Origin: Gnetum montanum
Taxonomy: Eukaryota; Plantae; Gnetophyta
Assembly (NCBI GenBank): GCA_015680685.1
Contig: MNCI01000329.1
Span: 1 to 64,000, forward strand
DNA length: 64,000 bases
Direction of reading: 5' to 3'
Positions 52,608-64,000 of this stretch are shown one piece after another (position 1 is the first letter of the stretch; each line of letters starts with the position of its first letter). The position numbers and the translations under genes are program-made. Below the pieces are notes generated by a model. That model did not search any database. It had not been told where the DNA came from and saw only the letters and a list, made by a program, of their open reading frames with translations.

Positions 52608-54311
52608 TATGAAGACCAAAAACATCGATAGCTAGAAAACACTGAGGGCCTGGTGGGCATGACAATTTTGACCTCATACCTGCGGGAGGGCCATGCTAGG
52701 TGTGTGTGGATACGGGGTGCCCTGAACAGTCTAGTTGATCAAATAGGGACTTAATCGGTGTCTATATAGCCTTTTGCAACGTATAGTTTGGAAACAGAAA
52801 TGAAAGCACGAAGTAATGCTTGAGAGTAAATAAAGCAGGAAAAGTAGTGCAAAAAATGCAACAATAAGCAGGAAAGAAGATAAAGTATAGTTATAAAAAT
52901 ACACCACTTCGAAGCTACAAGCTTGCTCTACCAAGGTGGATACAATCAGTTACATGGTGTGGTGGATTGCAGAGATCCCAAGAGTAACTAAGACGTGTGG
53001 AGTAAAACGGGTTGTGTGCTTGGGTGTGGCCATGGGTGCTGACCATGTAGAGATTCTACCAAGGTGGTAGAAAGGAAGTGGAACAAAATGCCAACCAAAA
53101 TTGCTAATTGTTTGTAGTGTCAAATAGGAAGCTTACAATGTTTGATGTCACAACGTGCCGAGAAGAGAGCTTAAGTGCCAGAGAGAGAAAAAGTTGAAGA
53201 CTCCGGAAAATCTTTGAACTCTTTGAATGCTGCTTGTTGGAAGAATTTGAACCCTTTGAATGCCATTTTCCAGAGAATTTCCAACAACCAAAGATAGTCC
53301 AACCCCTTTGAGTGCTTCTCATTAGGGTGTTTATAGGGCTAGAGGGCATGTGAAAGGGGCAGTTTGGATGCCATCTGTCCTGGGCCCACGTTGACTTGCT
53401 GGCACCACACGTATCATCTATGACGGTTGGACCAGAAGATTGTTGTAATTCGAACCTACTATGACATAACTATGAGCCTACCACACCGTAATTGCACTAT
53501 CAGTGTCTGGAGACATGTGCCAACGGTCCAATTAGGTGAAGTGCATTGATTTTTCACAACCACCCGCATGCCTCGTTGTGCTTTGTAGAGAAGCATGCTT
53601 GGCATGGCATAGCACGTTTTCATGCATTTCACTACATATGTGTTGCATGTTTGCTATGCTATGCTACGATATATAGCGTAGTGTAGCATAGCAATTGGCC
53701 TTAGTAACGAAAGCTTTTCCAATTTGCAAACTTTTCTTTCCTGAGACTTGCAAACTTGCTGATTCCACCCTTTGAGCTACCTTCTATCTTTTCTGTAGGA
53801 TTGCTATGCCTTGCTATGCCTTGTAGCTTAGCGTAGCATAGTAGCAGACATGGTCCATCACTTCTTGATGGAAAGGGACATTGCTGAAGGACTTAAAATT
53901 GGGCATGGGGACTGGCTGTGAAGTTGTTGCCATGCTACGCTACGTCACGTGGCGTAGCGTAGTGTAGCGGTCCATTCTATAATTATCTTCTGAAGCTTGC
54001 TACGCTACATAGCGAGGCGTAGCATAGCGTAGCAGACTTCATGACTTAAAAAACTTGTCAAACTATTTCGTGCATCTAGAATGCTATTTCCAACTCTATG
54101 CGTAATTTCTAAGAAGGTTGTCGGCTTGGCACACTACTTGGGTGGATAGGTAGGATGACCCGTAGAGCTTGTTTTCACCTAAAGTAGAAAATTTTCTGAA
54201 CTAGCCGGACTGAACTCAGAATGTTCTCCTCCTGAAGAACTACCATGGTGCTGCACGAATTGCAAGGCCTCATGAAGCAAGGATGATCCCACATTTTTTT
54301 GGGATGTTTCA
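52608..54311 (-). repeat. 5' LTR of E3
   Basis: Minus strand TGAAACATCCC...CTTCATA. Direct repeat of 40941-42365. Confidence 0.9.
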
Positions 54312-55398
54312 CATCTTTGTAGTTGGAATACTTGGATTTATTGCTAAAAATAGGTCCATGAGCCTAGCCTCCTAGACATTCTGAACAAGGGTGGCTAGGG
54401 ATCCATCGCATAATCAGCATTATGTCTTGTCCACTTCACTATATTGAAATAAGAGGTTAGTTTCATCATGTCCTAATGTGATTACCATAACCTTTGTAGA
54501 GTTGGCCACCACTGCATTAATCAAAAGATAAAAACAAAACCAATTAATTGATCAATCAAAGGCATATGAAAATACATACAGAACCTAACTCACCTAGTGC
54601 AAATAGTGTGGGAAATGATGTGCTCTTCACTAGAACCTCTTCCATGGTAGGTACATGGTGGGATACCCATTTTCCATCCAACCATCCAAGTTCTCCACAC
54701 TTTAGATAAAACATAGTATATTTGGTTGAGTAGGTTTTGAAATGGGTCCCAAGCTATTCTATGACACTGGCCTGCATGTTCTTAGCAGAAGAGAACTCCT
54801 GTAAGGCTATTTGGGCCAATGCGAATGTCGCCTCTTTATTGTGAAGAACGTCCTCATCGATTATGAACTTGGCAACATAATAGATCATAATAAGCATTTC
54901 AACTATGCAAGAAAAACAATACAATAGGTCTAACTATCTTCATAGGACTCACCCACTAGCACAGTAGATGGTCCTAGGTGGATTCTAGAAGAAAGTGCCC
55001 ATGTGGTGTGTGAGAAACAAGGTTTTGTGTTTATGGTAACATTTAAATTCAAGAATGGCCTAAATCAAAGAAAAATGTCTCAATCCTTTTGGATGTTGAT
55101 TTGAGCCCCCTACGCCTTCACCTTCAACAGACCCATCAACCATAAATTTTAAGATGCCTCAGTTTTCCCCAAGCAATAATGTTTCAACCAAAACATTGGT
55201 TGTCTCAGTTGACAAGTGTGACCATACCATCACACTGAAATGGAAAAGGAGGAATTCTAGGAATTCCTACACGCCTTCTCAAAACTAGATCACCTAGTCC
55301 CTTGCGTGTGAGGAGGGGGAACATTGGTCACAGGGGTACTTAGGTAGCACAAAACCCCTACCAGCTTAATCATAATCAAGATGGGTTTTAACATGATC
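54312..55398 (-). pseudogene. E2 antisense accessory gene, 5' exons (NIF-like domain and start of PMD-like exon)
   Basis: ATG 55394: MLKPILIMIKLVGVLC...EFLEFLLFHFSVMVWS...NPPRTIYCASG|GTGAG (donor 54952). Exon 2 ends SFPTLFAL|GTGAG (donor 54593). Acceptor 54512, then ...LMDLFLA. Confidence 0.8.
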
Positions 55399-56369
55399 CT
55401 GCATGGTGTAGCACAAAGCATTAGTTCATAGTATTCAAGTGAAAGTTATTGTATAGCGTAGTAGCTCCTAGTATGCAAATTTTTCCTAAGTATGAAATGT
55501 TATGTCCTCAGACCGGTTATGTCAAGTATCAGTTCCACTTTCATGACTTGAACTGTATAGCATAGTAGCTGCATTACGTGTAGCATAGCAAGGTGGCGTG
55601 GGGCATAGCATAGCAGGTACACCCTGCACAACATAGTAGCTACATTACATGTAGAGTAGCGTAGAGGGTGTACCTTGTGCAATGTAATGACTGTGTCATG
55701 TGCAGCATAATAACTACACCCTTGCGTAGCATGATGGTTGCATAATGCATAGCGTAGCAACATAACAGTGTAGTGTAATAGCCCCTAGCCCTATCCTGTT
55801 GCATGGAATGTAACAAAAGTTAACTAGAACTCCCTCAATGGGTGTTACACTACCTAGAACACATGCTATGCTACCCAAGATGCATGCTACACTACCCAGA
55901 ACATGTGGTATGCCATGTGGTCTCAAAATGATACATGTGGTCTCACCCATAACAATGGTAGCCATGGTAGTGGCATGTAATAACCACAACGTAGCAGCAA
56001 TGGTGGCAGTTGAGGCCATAAAAACAAAATTCACAACATAGCAATGGTAATGATTGCAACCACCAAGGTGTGGTGATTACCGTAATAGCCCCATTTAATA
56101 GATTGCACAATGTAAGAAAGGGTAGCATAGCAACCTACTAGGTAGATGGTGCCTCCTGTCATTCCTCAATGCGTGCTCTAAGGAGACATCATAAGGCATG
56201 CTCCCCTTCATCTATGTTAGTGATCCCTTAATGTCTGCGCTCACTCCTGCATGCCATTACCTTGACATCAAACTTGTCTCTGTCAAACACTATGCTACAA
56301 CTGCTACACTACATTTCTATCTGAACTATGCTACACTCTAGTTAGTTAGCTCTAATAGTGAAAATGACA

Positions 56370-56570
56370 GGATTACCATGGGTAATCCCCTATTTATAGC
56401 TTATAGGGTTACAACACTTGTTACTTTTCAGGACCTTCCATGTCCCATGCATAACATGGGACATCCCACATCTTGCACGTAACATGGAATGAACTTGTTT
56501 CCTATAGCATAGCATGGGACATCCCATGTCCACTACTACGTAGCACATAGCTACAGCGTAGCATGTAAAT
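56370..56570 (-). promoter_or_regulatory. Putative antisense promoter of the accessory gene
   Basis: Minus-strand GCTATAAATAGGGG (TATA 56398-56391) with upstream CATGGGACATCCCA(T/C) near-palindromes. Confidence 0.5.
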
Positions 56571-56599
56571 ACACCAAAATTTTCACCTTATTTTTATAA

Positions 56600-56925
56600 T
56601 GTTGCATGGTTATAGTCTACTACAACCTTAAACTGGAAATTTTAACTTACAATGTTGCTCAATCATGGTCCACTATGACCTTAAACTAGCAATTTTTGAC
56701 ATATAATGTTGCATGGTTGCGATCTGCTATGACCTTAAACTTGCAATTTTAGAATTCCCCTTAATTTTTAATCATAGTCGTGGTCCTCTATGACCTTAAA
56801 CTAGAAATTTTGACCTTGTTGACTTATAATCTTACACAATTGTGGCCTGCTATGACCTTAAACTAGCAATCTTGAAATATAATTTTGCATGGTTATGGTC
56901 TACTAAGTCCTTAAAATGGCAATTA
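56600..56925 (+). repeat. CTATGACCTTAAACTAGCAATTT array upstream of E2 pol
   Basis: About six units at a 55-62 bp period. Confidence 0.9.
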
Positions 56926-57033
56926 TGTGACATTGCATAATCACCTTGCATATATTTCATCACATGTTGCTCTATTAAGCAAGTATCACTTAATTTCTAT
57001 TTGTTTTGCTTATTTTGCAGGAGTGCTTCAAAA

Positions 57034-60000
57034 ATGGCTATGCATGTTGATCTCCATTTGCCCTTAATCTTGATAGGACCTCATGGCAAACTCATGAGGT
57101 GCTTGAACATAGAGTTGGGAGACTTGGAACCATCCCCTTATGATACCAACATAGTAGCCTTAGAAACATCCCTAGACTGGCCCTAGCATCTAATCCAAGC
57201 ATTAGATTTAGAAGCTGGTGATGCAACTAAGGACCTCCTTATCAAAATCCCTATGACCACACCTAGAGGCAAGGCAAGAATGTTAAAATTTAGCTTCCTA
57301 CTAGAGCCATAGGTGCACCAAAACATCTCTAAAGTTCTCAACAATAATGTCAAAGTATTTGCATGGTCGTATGAAGATATGTCAGGCTTAGACCCATGAG
57401 TCATACAAAAAAATATCATCCTAGATTCACATGTCAAAGTGGTTAAACAAAAAGCTCGCAAAATTAAACTAGAGATTGCCTTAGCTATACATGATGAAAT
57501 CACCAAACTTTATCAAGTTGGTTTCATCTGGGTTTTTGATTATTCATATTGGGTTTCAAACATCATAGTTGTCCCCAGAAAATTAGGAGTATATGAATTT
57601 TTATAGACTTCTGGGACATGAATAATGAAACAATTAAGGATGATTTCCCATTTCCTAGTATCAACTAACTTATTGATACTACATTCGATCATGCCTTACT
57701 ATTCTTTATGGATGGGTTCTTAGGCTACAATCAAATCCACATAAATCCATAACATCAGCTACGAACTACTTTCATAACCCCTTGGGGAACCTTCTATTAC
57801 ATGATGATGCCCTTTGGGCTAAAAAATGCTGGAGCAATGTATCAACAAGCAATGACTTACATTTTTAGAAACTATCTTTTGGAGAGGTTAAATGATTATG
57901 TGGATGATATAGTCATCAAATCTAAGAAAGCTCCTAATCATCCCAAAGATCTCAACATGGTTCTTCAACATTGCCATTGGAATGACTTTTGCTGTAACCC
58001 CAAAAAAAGTTTTTTGGAGTTAAAAATGGACTTATGCTAGGCTTTGTGGTGTCAAAAACAGGGATACGAGTGGATTTTGATAAAGTTAAGGCCATTGTTA
58101 ACTTGGCACCATCTACAAAACTTAAGGAGTTGCACAGGTTGCAAGGCATGATATAGTTCATAAGAAGATTTATCATAAGGTTAATGGATAAATTGCATCC
58201 AATGCAACACTTTCTTAAAAAGGAAGTAAACTTTAAATGGACAAAACAATGCCAGGAATCTTTTAATAACTTAAAGAAGGAGCTTGTTCATCTTCCCACC
58301 ATTTACCCTCCACAGAGAGATAAGCTTTTCTACATTTATCTAGCCACTTCAGACATGTCTATTGCTACATTGCTATGCCAAAAGAGGGACAATGGTTCCG
58401 AAATCCCTGTTTACTACCTAAGTCATGCATTGATAGCTCATGAAGCAAAGTATAATGAGGTGGAGAAAAATTATCTTTCTTTAGTATTTGCACTTAAAAA
58501 GTGGAGGCATTACTTGTTTCATAGCCAAGTAAACATCATATGTAAAAGTAACATACTTTGGGCTATTATAACTGATATATACAAAAGTAGCAGGATAGCT
58601 TGATGGAAAGCCATAACTACAGAATTTGATCTATGCTATATAGCACAGTCATCTATAAAGGGTCAAGTAATAGCTACGCAACTCATGACTTCATCCACCG
58701 ATGACCAAGCAATAATAGAACCTGAATTCCTAGATGATCATGTCAGTAGCATAAACCATATACCACTAGATTTCGAAGCTATTCTACATTTTGATGGTGC
58801 TTCAACTATAAGAGGTGGTAGTGCTGCTGCTGTTCTCACATTCCCCTTTAGGGAAATTTGACCATTTGCATATCACTTCACATTTCTTTGCATAAACAAT
58901 GTAGTAGAATATGAGGGTCTCCTTAGGGACGTTCTAGTAGCTTGAGAGTCAGGGATCCAAAACTTAGTAATTCGAGGTGACTCACAATTAATCATTAACT
59001 AGATTACAAAAGTTTATGCTTGCAAGGCATAACATTTGTAGCCTTACTATGATTTGGCCATATGCTTACTAAAGTAGTTTACAATCTTAGACATTCAACA
59101 TATGCCTTATAATGAAAATACTATAGTCGATGCGCTAGCCACATTAGCTTTAAGCATGTTGGCACACATGTTTAGTACCTTGCTTGCCACAATAGTGAAA
59201 TGCACCAATCCCATCATTCACACAACACACATCGTGTCTATAAGTGTAGCTCACACTTGAGAATATTATGATGACAGTAAAACATATCTCCAACATGGTG
59301 AACCCCCACATGGCGTGACATCTACCCAAAGGGATGTAATATGAAAGAAAACATGGTAATATGTTCTCATAGGAGACAATACTCTATGCAAATGCTCTTA
59401 TGATGGGATATTTCTAGTTTGCGTTAATGGGGATGAAGCATAAAAAATCATTGATGAAGTCCATAAAGGATTGTGTGGAGGGAACATAGCTCCTAGAGCT
59501 ATGGTAGCAAAAATTAGATGATAGGGCTACTACTGGCTTTCTATGGAGAACAATTGTGTCTTTAAGGTTAGAACATGTGATGTGTGTCAACATCATGGCA
59601 ACCTCTTACATGTATCACCCATTGAATTGCATGTCACAAAAAGCACATGGCCCTTTCAACGTTGTGGACTAGACATTGTAGGGTCCACCACACTCAAGTC
59701 TTTTGCATGGCATAGTTTCATCACTACAGCAATCAAGTACTTTATGAAGTGGGTAGAAGCCATTCCTCTTAGAAAGACCACATCCCAATAGGTTTGCAAG
59801 TTTATTTTGGACAACATAGTGACACGATTTGGCCTTCCCATGACTATTGTTATAGACAATGGACCCCAATTCAACAGCATAGAAACCAAAGTCTTTTGTG
59901 AAAATCTTGATATTAAACATTCTTTCTCATCACTGTATTACCATCAAGCAAAAAGCCAAGAAGAAGCCACTAATAAGGTTATTATCAACCTTTTGAAAAG

Positions 60001-60505
60001 GATTCTCAATAGTAGAAAATGACGATGACACGAGAAAATTATCTATGTGCTTTGGGCTTATCGCACAACATGCAAGATAGCTATAGGTAAGACCCCATAT
60101 AGTCTTATACATAGATTTGAAGCAATGTTACCTATTGAATTATAGTTCTCATCATTTCAAATGATCCTTTCAAACATCATGGACAAGGCTCAAAAGAATG
60201 AGTCAAGGATCATTGACCTTAACTGTGTAGAGGAGGAGCGCACCCAAACACTTAACCACATCGAGTGGTACCAAGAAAAGCAATGGTAGAAACATCACTG
60301 CAATTTGCACCAACGTCCGATCAAGAAGGGGAATCTAGTCCTTGAGGTTGTTTGCAAGCTTGTGAACAAATTCTTGACCAACTGGGAAGGGCCCTTTTTG
60401 ATCACAAAAGCATATGAGAATGGGGTATTCAAACTAGCTAACTTAGATGACAATGAGTTCCGAAATCTTATCAATAATTTGTACCTAAAGCCCTACTATG
60501 CCTAA
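57034..60505 (+). pseudogene. pol: E2 pol: RT, RNase H, aRH, integrase
   Basis: VFAWSYEDMSGLDP, MPFGLKNAGA, YVDD, PVYYLSH, LHFDGAS...NNVVEYEGLL, KWVEAIPL, WEGPF. Confidence 0.95.
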
Positions 60506-60544
60506 CATGCAATATTGCACTGAACATAAAGCAAGGTAAGAAAA

Positions 60545-60890
60545 TAGTCTGCTATGACTATAAACTAGCACAAATCATCCTCTATGGCATAAAACTAGCA
60601 CAAAATATCCTCTATGATGTTAAACTGGCACAACATGTCTTTGGGCCATGACATAAAACTGGCACCTACAAATTGTCCTTGGGCCATGACATAAAACTAG
60701 CACTCACAACATGGTTTTCTATGATCTTAAACTGGCCATCCTCTAGCCACTATGACATTAAACTAGCACAATGATCTGCTGGGACCTTAAACTCACATAG
60801 CTCAATCTGCTCGGACCTTAAACTAGGACCACTATCTGCTAGGACTTTAAAATAGCACATTTGACAATCTACTAGGATCTAAAATTGGGT
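60545..60890 (+). repeat. TAAACTAGC-type array after E2 integrase
   Basis: About eleven ~30-bp units (ATGACATAAAACTAGCAC / GGACCTTAAACTAG). Confidence 0.9.
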
Positions 60891-60949
60891 TCGTAGTGCA
60901 ACATCTCCTAGCTCACACATGTAACCTTGTGAACAAGTGAATGTGCATA

Positions 60950-62030
60950 TCTTTGAGCTTCCTAGGCAAGATGGGGTGGGACATTACAGTTCTAGAATGA
61001 AGTTCACGTCATCAAGAAAAAACCCTCTAGGATACATGTAGTGTCGTCGTCCCTAGCATCCTGTTGATCCTCCAGAGATGCCATATGGCATCTTGCTAAC
61101 CTTTCAAAGCTATTACTACCATCGCCAATTAGTTTGATCATAGCTCCCATCATCAGCACTCCCTACTAGAGTCCCAAAAGAGCTGTTGTGCAGCCACAGT
61201 GCTAGCACCCTCTAACCCTCATCATCATTAAAGTCTAAAAAGGTGTTCAACTATTAGGCTTCTCACTTTGTAGTTGAATTTCATGACTCTTTCCTTTTTT
61301 TGGGATTCCTAAGCACCCACATTACCATTGCTCCTAGCCTTTTTAGTGCTTATTTCTAGCATGGTCGTTGAAGTTTTTCAGCCTACCACCCTCTAAGCTG
61401 GTACTAGCCTTCCTACTTCAGACATTACACACATCATACATAGCACTTGCCACCTCAACAATGTCTCGAGTAGATAGGAATTCACCCTCATATTACATGC
61501 TAGTTATTTTTCTAGTTTTCTCTTTTTTGTGTTTGCAAGGTAAATGCCAAGATGACATTATTCAAGAATGTATTTCACCATCGGGACAAGGTGCTACATT
61601 GTTCCAAAGTACCCACTCTGATCAGCCTAGCTACTTGAGAGTGCATACCCTACTATCCCTTCAACCAACCTAACATCCCTTCCTTATACTTACAATTTCC
61701 AACATCTTTCTCCAAAGCTTTTCCAATGCATGTGAAACCCTTTCCCATGCTTAATCGCCAAGCCCATGAAAAACGTAATGTAGCTCATCCTATGAGAAGC
61801 CTCCGTAGACTGGTTAAAGCCTCACATGGATGTAACACAAACTCATTCCAAGGAAGAAAAAATTATTCTACAGTGATGACACAGTTGCCTTCGAATGAAC
61901 ATGGGTGTGCAATTTCTCCCAAAAAATGAAAAATGAAAATATAGTCAAGTGCCCAAGACAAATGGCACAATTGCTTTTCAATTATGTTAGCTTTAGATCA
62001 ACCACTGCTAAGCACTCCAATGAGAGGTCG
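60950..62030 (+). pseudogene. Decayed extra sense ORF in the E2 3' region
   Basis: Homologous to E3 42400-43310 (GGTLQF..SLASC.SSRDAIW). Confidence 0.45.
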
Positions 62031-62317
62031 AAATCCAAAGGGAGAAGCTACTCATGTGTGCTAAATCCCTCATATGCATTTTGATGAGGGATCACACTAT
62101 GGCAATGGCTCTCATGATAACACATTCTACACCTTTCCTTTCCCTAGCTTGATTTCCTCAAACCCATCCCCTTTCTATATCATACTTAGCTTTCCTAGCA
62201 CTCCCAAGTATATGAAAGCATTGTGTAAGTGCACACTGATGAATAGTATGGGTGTCATGTTCAACATGGTATTTCATTTTCTTTATAGATGTCACTTAGG
62301 TCGATCCTCCAAATGTC

Positions 62318-62330
62318 AAAAAAGAGGGGC
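62318..62330 (+). promoter_or_regulatory. PPT of E2
   Basis: AAAAAAGAGGGGC just before TGAAACACC. Confidence 0.8.
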
Positions 62331-62333
62331 CAT

Positions 62334-63073
62334 TGAAACACCATTAACTTTGGGAATCTCATGATTTAGCATAGTCCTAAAATTTGGGCAAGGATCTCTG
62401 CAAGCGTGATGTCATGCTAAATCATGTAGATAACATGACACCCTAGAAGTCCTAACACCACCACTTCCAATTCTACCTTCCACCCTATATAGCACAGTGA
62501 ATGTAGCACCCAGTTGTGAGGCCAGTTTGAACAAAAGAGGCACATAGGATGGACGAAACGGTTTGGAAAATTTTCCATCTTCTAGACCATCAAGCTTGTT
62601 GTGCTCTTTAGCCTACCTAGCCTGACAAATGTCCCAGCTGACGGTCCATCCAAGTGCCAAGCTAGGAGCTTTCAAAGGTGTTTAGGATGGACTAAATAGT
62701 TTGGCAAATTTTATAACTATGAGGCCTATGATGCTACACTACACTGCACAATGTGGTAGGCCATGTGGTGTTAAAATTGTTGCAATTGTTAGATCAAATG
62801 TAGAAGATGTAGTTGGCAGATATTTGGTTTTTAAAGATGCTTGCCCTAGTTCATTCTTTAAGTGTGATCAGTATGACATAGAAAAATAGAGAAAATTTCA
62901 TCAAAATCCACCTTAGTCTGAGTGGTACATTGTGCTACACTACATAGTGTAGCATAGCATAGTAGGGCCCTAGCATGACAAAATCATTTCTCAAATTATC
63001 TTGACATGGAAAACATAATTTCCCATACTTCAACCATGAAAAATTATTGTTCTACTACTATACTGACCTAAAT
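62334..63073 (+). repeat. 3' LTR of E2 (partial, interrupted)
   Basis: Starts TGAAACACC. 62641-63060 matches 32582-32990. Confidence 0.85.
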
Positions 63074-64000
63074 TGTCAGTGTGAGGCTGGAAGGAAAAAC
63101 AAACACCAAAATATCGTCAAGCAGACACAACTGACCCTGCCTTTGCTTGAGGAAAATTTGGAGAAGAAAATGAAAGTAGAGTGCCTTGGATGGTCTACAT
63201 GAAAATCAACCAAGGACTTCCCTGAGTGTAAACTATGACTTGTGTTGGGGTTATCATAACTAATGTTTGAACAATACACTCAAGATACAAAATGTAAATA
63301 GTACACATGAAATGTAAACAGAAACTTAGATAGAACTGGTACTGTAAACAAAATGTAAACTCAATTTAGAATAGTGCAAAAAATATAATGGCCAGCAAAA
63401 TGAATTGTATTGTATTGCTTAGACAAGGTGTGCACCGGTCAACGCGTAGCTGCATTGTAGATGGAAGGTTAAGCGTGAAGCCCCGGGGTGATGTATTTCA
63501 AAAATGCGTGGATGCTAGGAGTCAAGTGCATCCGAGCATCCAAGGATTACTAGTCTATGTTTTCTAAGCTGTCAACCTTCAAAATTGCCGACCCCATTTA
63601 TGTGAATTGACAGGGTATTTATAGGGTTTGGCTAGGTTCGAGAAAAAAACTCATGGATGGAATCAATGGCTGAGAGATGAGAGGAAAATGGATCATGTGA
63701 CACATGTTTGATGGACAGCTGTTTGTGAGTTGGATGTGTGTAGGCAAGCTACGTTTTTGACTAGGTGCATTGTATCTTACAACATGTGTTGGCTTGCTCG
63801 AGCTAGCTTACACTTATGAAAGCACATACAATTTAGAGCATAAGAGCTTGTCAGGGCCAAAAATGATGAACGTTTATAATTAAAAAGATAATGTACAATA
63901 AGAGAATTTGACTCTGGCTTGCTTGAATCTTCTCTATCTCTAGATTGACTACTGCAGGATGTTGATCTGAGTGGCTTTGCGGCTGTTTGAGGTGCCTTTG
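63074..64000 (-). mobile_element. Probable LTR of another retrotransposon inserted in the E2 3' LTR
   Basis: LTR similarity is lost abruptly at TGTCAGTG (minus-strand end ...CACTGACA). Minus-strand CTATAAATAC near 63615-63624. Confidence 0.55.

Larger units (their letters stand above)
40941..54311 (-). mobile_element. Tat/Ogre-like Gypsy element E3, near full length, inserted in exon 3 of the E2 antisense gene
   Basis: Two LTRs, tRNA-Asn PBS, gag-PR, short spacer and RT-RH-aRH-INT. Confidence 0.9.
32581..63073 (+). mobile_element. Tat/Ogre-like Gypsy element E2 (gag-PR / antisense cassette / RT-RH-aRH-INT), interrupted by E3
   Basis: LTR segments 32582-32990 and 62641-63060 match. PBS at 34594, PPT at ~62318, all domains present but decayed. 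Confidence 0.85.

Noticed and set aside
55500-56128. Overlapping short ORFs
   Set aside because: They arise from low-complexity GTAGC/CATAG repeats; no homolog seen in the window.

Overview
This window is eukaryotic (plant) repeat-rich DNA with no intact host gene. It is a nest of decayed LTR retrotransposons. (1) Base 1-~600 is the U5 end and tRNA-Asn PBS of a Tat-type element, followed by ~7 kb of AT-rich degenerate DNA. (2) A gag-only SIRE-like Copia element (7470-19110) carries a complete gag/protease-only Athila-type element (9905-16181). (3) The 3' end of a minus-strand Athila-type element lies at 19111-22805. (4) Three related Tat/Ogre-like Gypsy elements share a tRNA-Asn PBS, and the two that retain pol show RT-RH-aRH-INT order: E1 (22806-~32580, truncated), E2 (~32581-63073) and E3 (40941-54311, minus strand, inserted inside E2). 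(5) Another LTR starts at 63074. The main discovery is in E1 and E2. Their non-coding spacer downstream of protease (between protease and RT in E2) holds a self-contained antisense, multi-exon gene with short GT-AG introns at positions conserved between the two divergent copies. In E2 it has its own antisense TATA box. The predicted ~1000-aa protein joins an N-terminal FCP1/NIF (CTD-phosphatase-type HAD) fold lacking the catalytic aspartates to a plant-mobile-domain-like region and an acidic/coiled-coil tail. The cassette is flanked by TAAACTAGC tandem arrays and is absent from sister element E3. All domain calls are by-eye motif recognition and need HMM or structure confirmation.
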